Source of the DNA: an uncultured Terriglobales bacterium
Lineage (GTDB): Bacteria > Acidobacteriota > Terriglobia > Terriglobales > Acidobacteriaceae
Direction: 5' to 3'
Length of the DNA stretch: 36,255 bases
NCBI GenBank assembly: GCA_964644115.1
Contig: CAZXVY010000001.1
Span: forward strand, 1 to 36,255
Shown here: one piece after another, positions 1-7,976 of the stretch
Layout of the letters: each line of letters opens with the position of its first letter
Numbering within the stretch: position 1 is the first letter of the stretch
Notes under the pieces: generated by a model
Database searches by the model: none
What the model saw: only the letters and a program-made list of their open reading frames with translations
What the model was told of the DNA's origin: nothing
Made by a program: the position numbers and the translations under genes

Positions 1-57
1 GGGCGTCTCGGTCATGGCGGGAGATTATTCGCTGGATGCCCACGCGCGTCAACTGTG

Positions 58-93
58 CCATTGACGATTGATACATTGACGATTGACGATTGC
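58..93. repeat. Short-unit tandem repeat (cattgacgattgatacattgacgattgacgattg) 3' of the 157..1314 gene
   Basis: Read directly: the unit tgacgattg occurs three times within 36 nt. The unit resembles the tcaatcgtcaatcat end of the 10816-10972 element. Confidence 0.4.
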
Positions 94-156
94 TACCCTT
101 CCCTTAAGCACCTTCGTGAAACCTTGGTGTCCTTTGTGGTGAGCTTTGCGACGTCT

Positions 157-1314
157 CTACGGAGAGCCCGCAGCGGGAAACGCCGCCAGCGCGATCCCGC
201 AACCAGCGCACATTCCTGACGCCGCCACGTACTGGCCCCAGCAGCGCGGACAGTAGCTGAGGCAGCAGCCGGACTCACGCCCGGGAGCGAGCAGAGTATT
301 CGGGTCCACTCCTTGCTGGGAAAGAAATTCCTCCAGCGCCGCGCTTTGCCGGGCGGCGAACCACTGCCGCACCTGGAAGTGGCCGGTGTCGTTGTCCGGC
401 ATCTCCCCGGGCAGGGGAAAGCGCAGGCTGCGTACGGACTGGGAAGCCAGGCGGCGAAACGCGCTGTCGGAACACACGCAGCGGGCCACGGCCACGGGAT
501 CGAACTCCACCAGCAGCGGGTGCAGCAATTCGTCGTTGGCGCGCATGGCGGAGAGCGGCGAAAGCGCCGCGGTCATCACCGCGCGCCAGCGCAACTCGCT
601 GAGGTCGGGATACAGCTCGCGGTGCGCGATCCAGAGCCGGCGCGCCGTCAGCGCCAGCAGCGGCAGCACCAGGGCCAGAGCCAGAGGCCAGGAGATCAGC
701 AACCCCGGCTTCCAGGCCAGCACGGGGAGGGCCACCCAAAACGCCAGAAACAGCAAATTGCTGGTCCAGCGGACGCCGCGAGACGCGGCCCGGTAGGCTT
801 CCAGCCGTTCCTCGATGCGGCGCAGGTTGAAGCGGGCGGCGAGTTCCTTCTCGATCGCCGCCGCGCGCTGTTTCGGGCCGCGACTGCGGAGTTCCGCCAG
901 CAGGTGGGCGGCCCGGCTGGCCAGAACCGGCGAAGACGAGTTGACGAATGCCTGGCCGGCCACCCGGATGCTGGTTTCCGCCAGGTCAATGCGGGTCATC
1001 TCCTCGAAACCGAAGAAGAGCGGCGGGGCCGCGCCCACGTTCTCCGAGGGCGGCCCTTCGAGCCGCCAGGCGGAAGCGCCCTCGGGCGACACCATCAGGG
1101 GATACGGCGGGCACACCAGCGCTCCGCCCAAAGGAGGCAGCGGCGCCACCCATACGCCCTTGCGCCGCACCGCGGGCAGCGGCAGTCCTTCGCGCGCTAC
1201 CCCGTGGCCGCGCAGTCCCTGCCGGAAGGCCACCGCCTCCGGCTCCACCCACACCAGGGAGTGCATCAGATACACCCCGAACAGGACCAGGAACAGCCCT
1301 TGCAGCTCGGTCAT
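157..1314 (-). CDS. Hypothetical multi-pass membrane protein with a C-terminal CxxC...CxxC zinc-ribbon-like tail
   Basis: 385-aa ORF. Hydrophobic segments include LFLVLFGVYLMHSLVWV and NLLFLAFWVALPVLAW...LALALVLPLLALTA. The C-terminus reads CPRCWGQYVAASGMCAGCG. Its start overlaps the stop of the upstream DUF2167-like gene (ATGA, 1311-1314). I recognise no family. Confidence 0.55.
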   Translation of the reverse strand: MTELQGLFLVLFGVYLMHSLVWVEPEAVAFRQGLRGHGVAREGLPLPAVRRKGVWVAPLPPLGGALVCPPYPLMVSPEGASAWRLEGPPSENVGAAPPLFFGFEEMTRIDLAETSIRVAGQAFVNSSSPVLASRAAHLLAELRSRGPKQRAAAIEKELAARFNLRRIEERLEAYRAASRGVRWTSNLLFLAFWVALPVLAWKPGLLISWPLALALVLPLLALTARRLWIAHRELYPDLSELRWRAVMTAALSPLSAMRANDELLHPLLVEFDPVAVARCVCSDSAFRRLASQSVRSLRFPLPGEMPDNDTGHFQVRQWFAARQSAALEEFLSQQGVDPNTLLAPGRESGCCLSYCPRCWGQYVAASGMCAGCGIALAAFPAAGSP

Positions 1315-2207
1315 GCGCTGGGCGGAGGCGGGACCTGGTCGTGGGAGATGGTGGTTTCGCCGCGACGAAAGATGGAACCGAAGAACTTCTTGATGCCGGC
1401 AATCAACGCGATCACCGCGGCCACGATCAGCTTCCAGAACTTCTGCAGCAGTCCAGTCTTCAGGGCGACGGCGCCCGCCCCGCCTGCAATCAGCGCAGTG
1501 AGGCCATAGGCGGCGAGCTTGTCGCCGCTCTTGAACTCAGAGTAGGTCTGCCCGGACTGGTAGGAGAAGCCGGAAACCAGTCCCTCGAACTGCGGCACCA
1601 CCGCCGTGGTCTGGTGCGGGCCCATCACCAGGTCCACGCTCATGGCCCCTTTCCGGCCCAGCAGCCGCACCGAGTAGTTGATGGACTCGGTGGTGGAGTC
1701 GGAGCTTTTCCCGCGCAGCGCCCAGGTAAGGTTGTTGGTCTTGGGATCGTAGAATGGGGCCTGCTGCCAGCCCAGCACTTCCATGGTGGGCCAGCCGCGC
1801 TCCTTGCGGAGCTGGTTGGCGGACTCGGTGCCCTCGCGGAAAGATTCCAGGATGGAGTCGGCGTCGAGTTTGTCCTTCTCGTCATCCTTCACGTAGCCGA
1901 TGTCGTCGAACTCGAAGATGATGAACCAGAAGTCCTCCTCGCTCTTGGTCGCGGGCACGAGGATGCCCAACTCGCGTCCCGAAGTCGGGTTCTGGGCCAG
2001 TTCCATGAATTTCTGCGCGCCCTGCTTGCCGGCAAAGCGATAGCCGTCTGGAACCTTGATTTCGGCCAGGTCGCCCAACTGGCCCACCGTGGGGCCGTCT
2101 TGCCAGTCAATGGGCGGCGGGCCGGGTTCCTGGGCGGGAAGCGGCACGCTCACCAGCAAAAGGGCAAGGGTGCAAACCAGCAGGCGTTGAATCGGAAGCA
2201 GTGCCAT
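1311..2207 (-). CDS. DUF2167-like membrane-anchored protein (signal peptide, periplasmic domain, C-terminal TM helices)
   Basis: 298-aa ORF with an N-terminal signal-like segment LLVCTLALLLVSVPLPAQE and a C-terminal segment AAYGLTALIAGGAGAVALKTGLL...LIVAAVIALIAGI. The layout matches my memory of DUF2167 proteins. A canonical SD (aaggagat) lies 4 nt upstream of the ATG. Confidence 0.65.
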   Translation of the reverse strand: MALLPIQRLLVCTLALLLVSVPLPAQEPGPPPIDWQDGPTVGQLGDLAEIKVPDGYRFAGKQGAQKFMELAQNPTSGRELGILVPATKSEEDFWFIIFEFDDIGYVKDDEKDKLDADSILESFREGTESANQLRKERGWPTMEVLGWQQAPFYDPKTNNLTWALRGKSSDSTTESINYSVRLLGRKGAMSVDLVMGPHQTTAVVPQFEGLVSGFSYQSGQTYSEFKSGDKLAAYGLTALIAGGAGAVALKTGLLQKFWKLIVAAVIALIAGIKKFFGSIFRRGETTISHDQVPPPPSA

Positions 2208-2270
2208 GGCATCTCCTTCGCGCAGTGAGGATGAAATGGGCCCGGCTGCGATGGGTTGGAATTATGCCCG

Positions 2271-2304
2271 GTTGCGAGTACAGAGTCCAGAGTGCAGAGT
2301 CCAG
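2271..2304. repeat. Short-unit repeat gttgcgagtacagagtccagagtgcagagtccag upstream of ddl
   Basis: Read directly. It shares the unit ttgcgagtac with the palindrome downstream of ddl (3507-3606). Confidence 0.45.
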
Positions 2305-2318
2305 TTAGAATGGTTTGG

Positions 2319-3503
2319 ATGAAGAAACTCCGGGTCGGCGTGCTGTTTGGGGGGCGCAGCAGCGAGCACGAGGTGTCGCTGCTGTCGGCGGCGTCGGTGA
2401 TGGACGCCATGGACAAATCGAAGTACGAAATCGTGCCCATCGGCATCACCAAGGAAGGCGGTTGGGTGGCGGCGGCGCATGCCCAGAAGCTGTTGCGCGG
2501 CAGCCGCGAGTCCTCCCGGCGCCTGCGCGCGGGCGACCCTGAAGCCACCGCCCCGGCCGCGGTGCTGGCCAAGGGCTCGAGCATCATCGTGCCGCCCGTG
2601 CCGCGCGGCGATGCCAGTTCCTTCACGCCCCTGGAGAGCCATGCGCCCGCCCGCCGCGTGGCCGACAACGCCATCAACGTGGACGTGATCTTTCCCGTGC
2701 TGCACGGCACTTTCGGCGAAGACGGCACGGTGCAAGGATTGCTGGAACTGGCCGAGGTGGCCTACGTGGGCGCGGGCGTGCTGGGCTCGGCCTGCGGCAT
2801 GGACAAGGACGTGATGAAGCGCCTGTTCGCCGCCGCCGGCCTGCCCATCGTCAAGCACGTCACCGTGCTGCGCTCGGATTGGGAGCAGGAGCCGGACAAG
2901 GTGCGGCGCAATATTCTGGGAAAACTGAAGTATCCCATGTTCACCAAACCCGCGAACCTGGGCTCATCGGTGGGCATCAGCAAAGTGCGCGACCCTGACC
3001 AACTGGGCTCGGCCCTGGACCACGCCGCCGAGTTCGACCGCAAGATCATCGTCGAGCAGGGCGTAGGCGGCAAGCACGGCAAGGCGCGCGAGATCGAGTG
3101 CTCCGTCCTGGGCAACGACCAGCCCACCGCCTCCGTGGCCGGCGAGGTCGTCCCCGGACACGAGTTCTACGACTACTCGGCGAAGTATCTGGACGAGGGT
3201 TCCAAACTCCTCATCCCCGCCCCCCTCAGCCGGAACAAGCAGAAGCGGGTGCGCGCCCTGGCCGTGCGCGCCTTCCAGGCCGTGGACTGCGCCGGCCTGG
3301 CCCGCGTGGACTTCTTGATGGATCCCAGGGGCGAGAAAATCTACGTGAACGAGATCAACACCATGCCCGGCTTCACCTCCATCAGCATGTATCCCAAGCT
3401 GTGGGCGGCTACTGGCATCAGCTACCCGGAGCTGATTGACCGCCTTATCCAGCTCGCGCTGGAGCGCCACGCGGAGAAGAAAAGAAACCGGTACAGCCGG
3501 TAG
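2319..3503 (+). CDS. ddl: D-alanine--D-alanine ligase
   Basis: Motifs MKKLRVGVLFGGRSSEHEVSLLSA, IFPVLHGTFGEDGTVQGLLE, YDYSAKY and VNEINTMPGFTSISMYPK. I prefer ATG 2319 over the track start 2256, because the track extension reads through the upstream repeat and adds a non-conserved N-terminus. Confidence 0.93.
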   Translation: MKKLRVGVLFGGRSSEHEVSLLSAASVMDAMDKSKYEIVPIGITKEGGWVAAAHAQKLLRGSRESSRRLRAGDPEATAPAAVLAKGSSIIVPPVPRGDASSFTPLESHAPARRVADNAINVDVIFPVLHGTFGEDGTVQGLLELAEVAYVGAGVLGSACGMDKDVMKRLFAAAGLPIVKHVTVLRSDWEQEPDKVRRNILGKLKYPMFTKPANLGSSVGISKVRDPDQLGSALDHAAEFDRKIIVEQGVGGKHGKAREIECSVLGNDQPTASVAGEVVPGHEFYDYSAKYLDEGSKLLIPAPLSRNKQKRVRALAVRAFQAVDCAGLARVDFLMDPRGEKIYVNEINTMPGFTSISMYPKLWAATGISYPELIDRLIQLALERHAEKKRNRYSR

Positions 3504-3506
3504 GCT

Positions 3507-3606
3507 GAGTTGCGAGTACCGAGTTGCGAGTACCGAGTTGCGAGTTGAGTGGGCACTCAGTAACTCAGTACCCGGAACTCGCAACTCGGTACTCGGTACT
3601 CGCAAC
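3507..3606. terminator. ~100-nt imperfect palindrome of tandem gagttgcgagtacc units and their complements, between convergent genes. Probable bidirectional terminator or REP-like element.
   Basis: Left arm: gagttgcgagtaccgagttgcgagtaccgagttgcgagttgagtg. Right arm: cactcagtaactcagtacccggaactcgcaactcggtactcggtactcgcaac. It fills the whole gap between the ddl stop (3503) and the stop of the minus-strand gene (3606). Confidence 0.55.
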
Positions 3607-4580
3607 TAACCCAGGTACGTCGCAATGTACCACTGGTTGCCCCAGGCGTCCTCGACGCCGCCCGAGCGCTCGCCGTAGGGCTGGTCGGTGGGCGGGTAGA
3701 GCGACTTTCCGCCTGCCGCCAGCGCGCGCGCGTAGATTGCGTCGGCGTCCGGAACATAGAAATGGATGCCGCACTGCTTGGGCCCGAAGGGGCCGTGCGC
3801 CTCGCCCAGCTCCACCACCGAGTCCCCGATGCGCAGCATGGCGTGCAGAATGTTGCCCTCGGGCGTGCGCTCGCACATGGTCTCCTCCGCGGCGAACGCC
3901 TGTTTCAAGAAGTCGAGCATCCTCCCGGATCCGCGCACCTGAAGGCCCGAGGTGACGCTGCGGAAGCCTTCGGGGGCAAGCCCCGTCGCCCGGTGCGTGC
4001 CGATGTACCAGGAGTTGCCGCAGGGATCGGTGATGCCGCCTTCGCGGTCGCCGTAGGGCTGGTCCATGGGCGCGTACAGAGAAGTGGCGCCCGCGGCCAG
4101 CGCGCGCTGGTACACGGCGTCGGCGTCCGGAACATAGAGGTGGAGAGCGGCTGCCAGGGGCGCCCACTGGCCGCCCGCATCGCCCATCTCTACGATCGAG
4201 TCGCCGATGAGCACCTCGGCGTGCTGAAGCGTGCCGTCGGGCAGCGGAACGCGGAGTTTTTCCTCAGCGCCAAAGGCCGCGCGGCAGAAGTCGAGGAGCT
4301 TGCCCGCTCCCTTCACGATCAGATACGGCGTCAGGCTGTGAAAGCCCTTGGGGACGTAGTGCGTCGTTGTAGTAGTCGTTGCAGTAGTCATAGATGCCTT
4401 CCTTTCGAGATCAGCTTTCAGTCGTGCTTTGAATTCTTCGCGCGGCAGCTCGCGCAGGTCCGCAGCCACGCGCAGCAACTCGCCCAGTTCCGGGTCCCGC
4501 GACGGAGGCATGGAATCCGAGCTGGCCAGCATGGCCTGCACCGCCTGGTCGAGTTGGTCCACGAAAGAGCGCTTAGCCAT
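3606..4580 (-). CDS. ECF-sigma-coupled protein: N-terminal helical anti-sigma-like segment, Thr-rich linker, and two tandem VOC/glyoxalase-bleomycin-resistance-type domains
   Basis: 324-aa ORF whose start overlaps the sigma gene stop by 8 nt. The N-terminus reads FVDQLDQAVQAMLA...DPELGELLRVAADLRELPREEFKARL, followed by MTTATTTTTT. Two similar modules follow: (H/L)...IGDSxVExG...YVPDADAxYxRALAAGxxSLYxPxDQPYGxRxGGxxDxxGNxWYI(G/A)T. Confidence 0.75.
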   Translation of the reverse strand: MAKRSFVDQLDQAVQAMLASSDSMPPSRDPELGELLRVAADLRELPREEFKARLKADLERKASMTTATTTTTTHYVPKGFHSLTPYLIVKGAGKLLDFCRAAFGAEEKLRVPLPDGTLQHAEVLIGDSIVEMGDAGGQWAPLAAALHLYVPDADAVYQRALAAGATSLYAPMDQPYGDREGGITDPCGNSWYIGTHRATGLAPEGFRSVTSGLQVRGSGRMLDFLKQAFAAEETMCERTPEGNILHAMLRIGDSVVELGEAHGPFGPKQCGIHFYVPDADAIYARALAAGGKSLYPPTDQPYGERSGGVEDAWGNQWYIATYLG

Positions 4581-5106
4581 GGGACTCCTTCATGCGGGCG
4601 CGCAGGTTCTCCAGCGCGCGGAACTGGAGCTGCTTCACCGCGCCCTCGGTCCGCCCCAACTCCCGCGCAACCTCTGCAATGCTCTGCTGCGCGGCAAAGC
4701 GCAAGTAGATGACGCGGCGCTGGTCGTCGGGAAGCCGGTCCACCAGTTGGAAGAGCAGGGCGCGCAGCTCCACTTCTTTCCAGGTGGAATCTCCCACCTC
4801 CGGTAGGGGCTCGCCGCTCTCCCGTCCGGCGCGCTGCCAGCGATCGGCCATCCGGTTGTGCGCGATGCGCAGCAGCCACGCCACAAAGGGAATGCCGCGC
4901 CACTCAAAGCGCGCGAGGTTCGCCAGGGCGTGGTGGAAGACTTCGGAGGTCACGTCCTCGGCGGCAGCGCGGTTTTCCACCCGGCGCGCCACGTAGGCGT
5001 ACACCCGCTCGAAATTCTCTTCGTAGAGCTCGGCAAAGCGGCGCGGGTCCTGCTGCGCCGCCTCGATCAGAAGCCGCTCGTCCGCTTCCGTCTTCGGAGG
5101 CTTCAA
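4573..5106 (-). CDS. ECF-type RNA polymerase sigma-70 family factor
   Basis: Region 2 motif: FAELYEENFERVYAYVARRV...DVTSEVFHHALANLARFEWRGIPFVAWLLRIAHNRMADRWQR. Region 4 motif: LPDDQRRVIYLRFAAQQSIAEVARELGRTEGAVKQLQFRALENLR. TTG start with a ggggagag SD-like run upstream. Confidence 0.9.
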   Translation of the reverse strand: MKPPKTEADERLLIEAAQQDPRRFAELYEENFERVYAYVARRVENRAAAEDVTSEVFHHALANLARFEWRGIPFVAWLLRIAHNRMADRWQRAGRESGEPLPEVGDSTWKEVELRALLFQLVDRLPDDQRRVIYLRFAAQQSIAEVARELGRTEGAVKQLQFRALENLRARMKESHG

Positions 5107-5209
5107 CGCGCTCTCCCCGGGAACATAGCCCTCATACCATAAACCGCGGGCGCCGGGGAAAGGTTACGCAACAGTTTGCTCTTGCCTGCCGTATAATTTC
5201 CGTCCACTC

Positions 5210-7765
5210 ATGGCCCTTACCGCCGGAAGCCGCCTGGGGCCTTACGAGATCGTCGCGGCCATCGGCGCGGGAGGCATGGGAGAGGTCTACCGGGCCCGCG
5301 ACCCTCGCCTGGGGCGCGACGTAGCGGTCAAGGTCCTGCCCGCGGCTTTTGCCCTGGACGCTGAGCGGCTCGCCCGTTTCCAGCGCGAGGCGCGGGTGAT
5401 CGCCGCGCTCAGCCACCCCAACATTCTGGCCGTTTACGACGTGGGCGCGCACGAAGGCCTGCATTATCTCGTCTCCGAACTGGTTGAGGGCGCCAGTCTT
5501 CGCGCCCGGCTGACCGAGGGCACAGTGCCCGCCCGCAAGGCGGTGGAGTACGCGGTGCAGATCGCGCAGGGCCTGGCAGCCGCGCACGAAAAAGGAGTGA
5601 CCCACCGCGACCTCAAGCCTGACAACCTGTTCCTCTCGAAAGACGGCCGGGTAAAGATTCTCGACTTCGGCCTGGCGTACGTGGAGCCCACGGCGGCGAC
5701 CGCCGACGACCAGACTTCGCCCACGGCCGCGGGCATGGTGCTGGGCACCGTGGGCTACATGTCGCCGGAGCAGGTTCGGGGACAGCCGGTGGACCATCGC
5801 TCGGATATTTTCAGCTTCGGGGCCGTCCTCTACGAGATGCTCACCGGCCAGCGCGCCTTCCGCCGCGACACCTCGGCCGAGACCATGACCTCGATCCTCA
5901 AGGAGGAGCCCCCGGATCTGAGCGCCAGCGGCAAACCGGTTCCGCCGGGATTGGACCGCATCGTGCGGCATTGCCTGGAGAAGAATCCCGAGGAACGATT
6001 CCAGTCGGCAAGTGACCTGGCCTTCGACCTGGCGAGTCTCTCCGGCAGTTCCACCACGGGGGCACAGGCGGTGCGGGCCCCTGTGAGCAGACGAGCCGTG
6101 ACGGCCGCGTTGGCGATGGCCGCCCTGGCGGCGCTAGGCGTCCTGTCGTTTCTTGCGGGCCGGCAGGCAGCGCCGGTGGCCGAGCAGCCGCGCTTCCAGC
6201 GGCTCACCTTTCGCGACGGATACATCTCGGCGGCGCGCTTCGCCCCTGACGGTCAGACGGTTGTGTACAGCGCGCAGTGGGACAACGGGCCGACAGAGAT
6301 CTTCACCACGCGGCTGGAGTTTCCCGAGTCGCGTCCGCTGGGCCTGAAGGAGAGCGTGGTGTATGCCGTCTCCGGCTCCGGGGAGGTACTGATTGGCCAG
6401 CGGGCTACGGTGTCTCGCTTCGGCATCCAGACGGGGACGCTGTCTGCGGTGCCGTTGGCCGGCGGTTCTCCCAGGGAGCTTGTGCCGGATGTGCGCGGCG
6501 CTGACGTCGGAGGCGGGGCGGCGTCTTTCGCAGTGGTGAAGGACGTGGGCGACCGCTACCGGCTCGAGTTTCCCGCGGGCAAGCTGCTGTTTGAGACGTC
6601 GGGCTACATCAGTCACGCCCGAGTCTCGCCCGACGGCCAGCGGGTAGCCTTCATGGACCATCCGGTGCGCCACGACGATCGGGGCTGGGTGAGCGTGGTC
6701 GATCGAGGCGGCGGCAAAAAGAGGCTGACCCAGGAGTGGGCAGGTTCGCAACAGGGACTGGCGTGGCATCCCTCGGGGAAAGAGATCTGGTTCACCGCGT
6801 CGGACGTTGGCCCGAACATGTCGCTGCGTGCCGTGAACCTCGAGGGAAAGGAGCGGGTTGTGCTCCGCACCGCGGGAAGGTTGAAGCTGCACGACATCGC
6901 GCCCGACGGGCGTGTGCTGCTGACGCGCGAAGCTTGGCGTGACCGCATCATGGCCTACACGGACGGACAGCCGCGCCCACTGGACTTGAGCTGGCTGGAT
7001 GGCTCGGGGGTGACCGACATTTCGCCCGACGGCTCCGCCATTCTGTTCGACGAGTGGGCGGCGGCCGCCGGCCCCATGTATGCGGTTTGCCTGCGCAAGC
7101 TGGACGGTTCGCCCCCTGTCCGCCTGGGCCAGGGAGGCAGGGCGCGCTTTTCTCCTGATGGCAAATGGGCGCTGGTCATGTTTCCGGTTTCGCCCGTTAG
7201 GTACGCATTGCTGCCGATTGGAGCGGGCGAAGCGCGCGAACTGCCGCTTAGCAACGTAGCGCCCGTAGGGATCGGGGCCTGGTTTCCCGACGGCAGCGCC
7301 TTCCTCTTCAGGGGCACCGAGCCCGGCAGAAAAATCCGCACCTATCGGCAGGACATTCAGGGAGGCGCCCCGCGGGCGGTGACGCCGGAAGGCGTCGTGG
7401 GGTTCCTGGTCTCCCCGGATGGCAAGACGCTGGTGGCGCGGGGCCCGGAAGAAAAGTGGATCCTTTACTCCCTGGCGAACGGCGACAGGCGTTCGCTGGC
7501 CGGACTACCGGCCAATCACGAGCCCATTGCCTGGAGCGCGGACGGCAAGAATCTGTTTTCGTTCGCGTTGGATCCGCTGGCACTGCGCGTGCACCGCCTC
7601 AGCCTCGCCACCGGTACGCTTGAGCCCTGGAGAGAGCATCTTCCTCACGATTCGGCGGGAGTGCTGGACAAACGCTTCGCGGTGATTACCCCTGACGGGA
7701 AGACGTCAGCCTACAGCTACACTCGCGTCCTTTCCGACCTCTACGTGGTCGAAGGTCTGAAGTAG
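5210..7765 (+). CDS. Serine/threonine protein kinase with one TM helix and a large C-terminal TolB/PD40-like beta-propeller ectodomain
   Basis: Hanks motifs GAGGMGEVYRA, VAVKVL, HRDLKPDN, DFGLA and GTVGYMSPEQ. TM segment VTAALAMAALAALGVLSFLAG. The C-terminal region has repeated (S/A)PDG(x)(x)(V/L/I)(x)(F/Y) strands typical of PD40 repeats. Confidence 0.9.
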   Translation: MALTAGSRLGPYEIVAAIGAGGMGEVYRARDPRLGRDVAVKVLPAAFALDAERLARFQREARVIAALSHPNILAVYDVGAHEGLHYLVSELVEGASLRARLTEGTVPARKAVEYAVQIAQGLAAAHEKGVTHRDLKPDNLFLSKDGRVKILDFGLAYVEPTAATADDQTSPTAAGMVLGTVGYMSPEQVRGQPVDHRSDIFSFGAVLYEMLTGQRAFRRDTSAETMTSILKEEPPDLSASGKPVPPGLDRIVRHCLEKNPEERFQSASDLAFDLASLSGSSTTGAQAVRAPVSRRAVTAALAMAALAALGVLSFLAGRQAAPVAEQPRFQRLTFRDGYISAARFAPDGQTVVYSAQWDNGPTEIFTTRLEFPESRPLGLKESVVYAVSGSGEVLIGQRATVSRFGIQTGTLSAVPLAGGSPRELVPDVRGADVGGGAASFAVVKDVGDRYRLEFPAGKLLFETSGYISHARVSPDGQRVAFMDHPVRHDDRGWVSVVDRGGGKKRLTQEWAGSQQGLAWHPSGKEIWFTASDVGPNMSLRAVNLEGKERVVLRTAGRLKLHDIAPDGRVLLTREAWRDRIMAYTDGQPRPLDLSWLDGSGVTDISPDGSAILFDEWAAAAGPMYAVCLRKLDGSPPVRLGQGGRARFSPDGKWALVMFPVSPVRYALLPIGAGEARELPLSNVAPVGIGAWFPDGSAFLFRGTEPGRKIRTYRQDIQGGAPRAVTPEGVVGFLVSPDGKTLVARGPEEKWILYSLANGDRRSLAGLPANHEPIAWSADGKNLFSFALDPLALRVHRLSLATGTLEPWREHLPHDSAGVLDKRFAVITPDGKTSAYSYTRVLSDLYVVEGLK

Positions 7766-7822
7766 GTAGACCTCGTTCACCGCCGAGCACGCCGAGAACG
7801 TGGAAGTGCCGGGACCAACCAA

Positions 7823-7879
7823 AACCAAGATCCCTCGGCGGCGCCCCGACCAAGGTCGGGGCGCTGCTCGGGATGACAA
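7823..7879. repeat. REP-like element: aaccaagatccctcg - inner hairpin (gcgccccgacc aa ggtcggggcgc) - gctcgggatgacaa
   Basis: Same conserved termini as the copies at 25776-25826 (inverted), 25862-25916 and 26664-26692. It lies 58 nt after the kinase stop, so it may also act as a terminator. Confidence 0.6.
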
Positions 7880-7950
7880 TCGCAAGGAGCCTCGCTGCAC
7901 TCCCGGTAGCTCAGCGGAGGCAAATATTCCTGCAACCGCTTCGGCCCGTG

Positions 7951-7975
7951 TATAATCTAACTAACTGGTTAATTA
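7951..7975 (+). promoter_or_regulatory. Candidate tetR promoter -10 (tataat, 7951-7956) followed by an imperfect palindrome TAACTAAC-TG-GTTAATTA (7958-7975). Candidate TetR operator.
   Basis: Read directly. This AT-rich patch stands out in a GC-rich genome and lies immediately upstream of the tetR start (GTG 7977 / ATG 7986). Palindromic operators overlapping the promoter are typical of TetR autoregulation. Confidence 0.35.
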
Positions 7976-7976
7976 A

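Noticed and set aside
1-15. Possible start of a minus-strand gene leaving the window (atgaccgagacgccc)
   Set aside because: Only five codons are visible and there is no SD or promoter evidence, so it cannot be supported.
313-2228. Plus-strand ORFs 313..1509 and 948..2228 (398 and 426 aa)
   Set aside because: They lie opposite the coupled minus-strand pair (DUF2167-like gene with a clear SD and signal peptide). Their Arg/Gln/Gly/Pro-rich composition has no motifs.
2256-2318. Track start codons for ddl (2256) and coaX (19441), each giving 21-30 extra N-terminal residues
   Set aside because: The extensions translate intergenic repeat elements (peptides such as STESRVQSPV and [12 protein letters not shown]). 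The conserved N-terminal motifs begin at the internal ATGs, 2319 and 19531.
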